Assembly: GCA_934445015.1 (NCBI GenBank)
Contig: CAKSDJ010000001.1
Coordinates: forward strand, 17,985-81,984
Length of the DNA stretch: 64,000 bases
Source of the DNA: an uncultured Eubacteriales bacterium
Lineage (GTDB): Bacteria; Bacillota; Clostridia; Oscillospirales; Acutalibacteraceae
Direction: 5' to 3'
Shown here: positions 62,173-64,000 of the stretch, piece after piece
Position numbering within the stretch: the stretch's first letter is position 1
Layout of the letters: every line of letters starts with the position of its first letter
Notes under the pieces: generated by a model
Told to the model about the DNA's origin: nothing
Databases searched by the model: none
The model's input: the letters and a program-made list of their open reading frames with translations, nothing else
Position numbers and translations under genes: made by a program

Positions 62173-63027
62173 ATGCACACTATTGCAGAGAAAAAATTAC
62201 TTATGTTAAAACCCGACGACATTATACCAAACGCAAACCAGCCGCGAAAGTTTTTTGATGAGTATGAACTTCAGACACTCGCAGATTCAATATCGGTGAG
62301 CGGGATAATACAGCCACTCACCGTAAGAAAAGGAGAAAGCGGAAAATACATACTCATATCAGGTGAGCGCAGACTGCGTGCCGCCAAAATTGCCGGCCTG
62401 CGGCGTGTGCCGTGCGTGCTGCACCGCACCGATGAAACCACGGCGGCGCTGTATTCGCTTGTTGAAAATATGCAGCGTTCGGACCTTAATTATTTTGAGG
62501 AAGCCGAGGCAATCCAAAGACTTATAACCGACTTTGCGCTTACGCAATCCGAAGTGTCGGCGCGGCTCGGAATGGCTAATTCAACCGTCAGCAATAAATT
62601 AAGACTTTTAAAATTGTCGCCCGAAATCAAAAATCGCCTGACCGCGTCAAATCTTACCGAAAGGCACGCCCGTGCGCTTTTAAGATTACCGGCAGAGCAG
62701 CGCGACGAAGTTCTTGATAAAATAATCGCAGAGGGATTAGGACTTTACCAGGCAGAAGAACTTATAAACAACATTTTAAACCCCGAACCCTGTGAATGCG
62801 AAAGCGACGCCTGCGATGAACACGAGGACAAACTTATCAAGCCTATAAGAAAATCGTCGATAGGCGATATAAAACTGTTTTCAAACAGTCTTTCAAAACT
62901 GCTTGTTACAATGCAAAACGCAGGCATTTCGGCTAATTCAAAAAAGCATGAAACCGATAAATATATCGAATATAAGGTTCGTATTTTTAAAAATGCTCCG
63001 CAATATGACCAGCTTAAAATATGTTAA
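62173..63027 (+). CDS. ParB/Noc-like DNA-binding protein
   Basis: ParB N-terminal box (IIQPLTVRK..YILISGERRLRAAKIAG) and an HTH (TQSEVSARLGMANSTVSNKLRLLKL). Its position after rsmG matches that of noc. The C-terminal third is divergent. Confidence 0.8.
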   Translation: MHTIAEKKLLMLKPDDIIPNANQPRKFFDEYELQTLADSISVSGIIQPLTVRKGESGKYILISGERRLRAAKIAGLRRVPCVLHRTDETTAALYSLVENMQRSDLNYFEEAEAIQRLITDFALTQSEVSARLGMANSTVSNKLRLLKLSPEIKNRLTASNLTERHARALLRLPAEQRDEVLDKIIAEGLGLYQAEELINNILNPEPCECESDACDEHEDKLIKPIRKSSIGDIKLFSNSLSKLLVTMQNAGISANSKKHETDKYIEYKVRIFKNAPQYDQLKIC

Positions 63028-63136
63028 AATTCCGTGCCGGCGTCTTACGTCCCCTTAGGCGCAGGCAAGGGTTTTAAATAGCCTGACGGCAAGGAATAAT
63101 TGCCGTCGAAGGCATCCCCACCATATTCATCCCCAT

Positions 63137-63177
63137 ACACAGACAACCCCTCTTGCGAGGGGTTGTCTGTGTATTTA
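63137..63177. terminator. Bidirectional rho-independent terminator
   Basis: ACACAGACAACCCCTC-TTGC-GAGGGGTTGTCTGTGT, a 16-bp stem between convergent genes. Confidence 0.8.
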
Positions 63178-63516
63178 TCATATTTCTTTTTTCTCGTTGT
63201 CAATTGCATATTTTTGTGCAAATTTTACCAACTTATCTTCTACCTTTGCAAGCCTTGCGTCAAGCAAAAATATTTTGATGAACAGCAAAAATATTATTGC
63301 GACAAAAATAAAGTTTGACGGTGCCTCAAAACCTATTGTTGATGAAAGCCAATAAACCGCTTTCGGAAATATGCTCATCAATAAAAGAAGCAGACAAAAA
63401 ACAAGCCAATACAATGTATCGCCGATTTTAAACTGTGACTTTTTGATTTTTTTGAATACAAAAACGAGCGTGACAACGCTTGAAAAAATCAGAGTAATTA
63501 TCAAGCCTCTATTCAT
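63178..63516 (-). CDS. DUF2304-like small membrane protein
   Basis: Three or four TM segments plus a C-terminal coiled tail. It lies directly downstream of a GT2 gene, which is the usual pairing. ATG at 63516 follows AAAGGGG. Confidence 0.75.
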   Translation of the reverse strand: MNRGLIITLIFSSVVTLVFVFKKIKKSQFKIGDTLYWLVFCLLLLLMSIFPKAVYWLSSTIGFEAPSNFIFVAIIFLLFIKIFLLDARLAKVEDKLVKFAQKYAIDNEKKEI

Positions 63517-63521
63517 TTTGC

Positions 63522-64000
63522 TTACCCCTTTCTGAACCACTGTAAAATCAGGATCGAAATAAACATTCTGAGCATATAATTTGTCGCGTTTGCAAAATTG
63601 AGATAACTTTCACCGGCGATACGGTCGTGCATTTCAACCTGAACTTCCTTAAAAGATGAACCTGACCTTATAAGCAGTGCCACCGTGTCGGGTTCGGGGC
63701 CCATATCCGCCGCAAATGCCAATTTTTTTATAATTGTTCTGTCAAACATTCTCATACCCGACGTAGGGTCTTTTATTGTTTTTCCGGTTGTCATTTTTAT
63801 CGCAAACTGTATAAGGTTGCTGCCAAGCATTCTGAGTGACTTCGGCTTTTTTTCATCTACAAAGCGCGAGCCTATCACTATGCTGCAGCCTTTTTCAACC
63901 TCGTCAGCCATTTTTTGTATATATTTAGGGTCGTGCTGACCGTCGCCGTCAAACTGGATAGCAACATCATAATCATTTTTATAGGCAAACAGCATACCTG
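63522..64000 (-). CDS. Family 2 glycosyltransferase (Dpm1/GtrB-like), N-terminus beyond the window
   Basis: The QFDGDGQHDP motif (DxD region) and the typical C-terminal half of GT2 are present. The first ~80 aa of the fold are missing, so the gene continues past 64000. Confidence 0.85.
   Translation of the reverse strand, partial: GMLFAYKNDYDVAIQFDGDGQHDPKYIQKMADEVEKGCSIVIGSRFVDEKKPKSLRMLGSNLIQFAIKMTTGKTIKDPTSGMRMFDRTIIKKLAFAADMGPEPDTVALLIRSGSSFKEVQVEMHDRIAGESYLNFANATNYMLRMFISILILQWFRKG

Noticed and set aside
1-64000. A window-wide search for CRISPR arrays, IS elements, integrases, prophage genes, toxin-antitoxin pairs and known defence-system signatures.
   Set aside because: No direct-repeat/spacer arrays were found. 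No transposase, recombinase or phage structural ORFs were found. No nuclease, helicase or STAND-type orphan clusters were found. The only helicase is RecG, and the only AAA+ protease is Lon, in its conserved lon-engB context.

Overview
This 64-kb window looks like chromosome from a spore-forming Firmicute of the class Clostridia (spoIID, yloU-yloV-recG, ymdB, ireB and a T-box-controlled pheST are all present). It is densely coding and mostly housekeeping: rplJ-rplL with an L10 leader, rplM-rpsI, recG, lon-engB, pncB, argS, murI, pheST, rsmA and mnmE-mnmG-rsmG plus a Noc/ParB-like gene. I found no rRNA, tRNA, CRISPR array, transposase, integrase or phage gene. I also cannot point to a convincing multi-gene novel system, so the findings carry modest interest scores. 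Five stretches look accessory. (1) At 2.2-6.3 kb lie exported proteins, including a low-GC, cysteine-rich secreted protein that joins two tandem repeats to a CHAT/caspase-like His-Cys domain. (2) At 9.6-13.5 kb, two tandem AraC paralogs sit with a Gfo/Idh/MocA oxidoreductase pair. (3) At 23.2-28.1 kb lies a nagB, NahK-like kinase, mutarotase and GH78-like hydrolase cluster. (4) At 44.2-50.4 kb there is a redox island. It holds perR and a reverse rubrerythrin, divergent from rex with palindromic operators, followed by a LysR-linked five-gene flavoprotein operon that ends in a lipoprotein flavodoxin. (5) At 51.3-53.6 kb a CpsC/CpsD/CpsB tyrosine-kinase module has no polysaccharide genes beside it. 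pnuC is interrupted by a +1 frameshift in an A8 run. Start codons were refined from Shine-Dalgarno context where possible. All family assignments come from motif recognition by eye, not from database searches.
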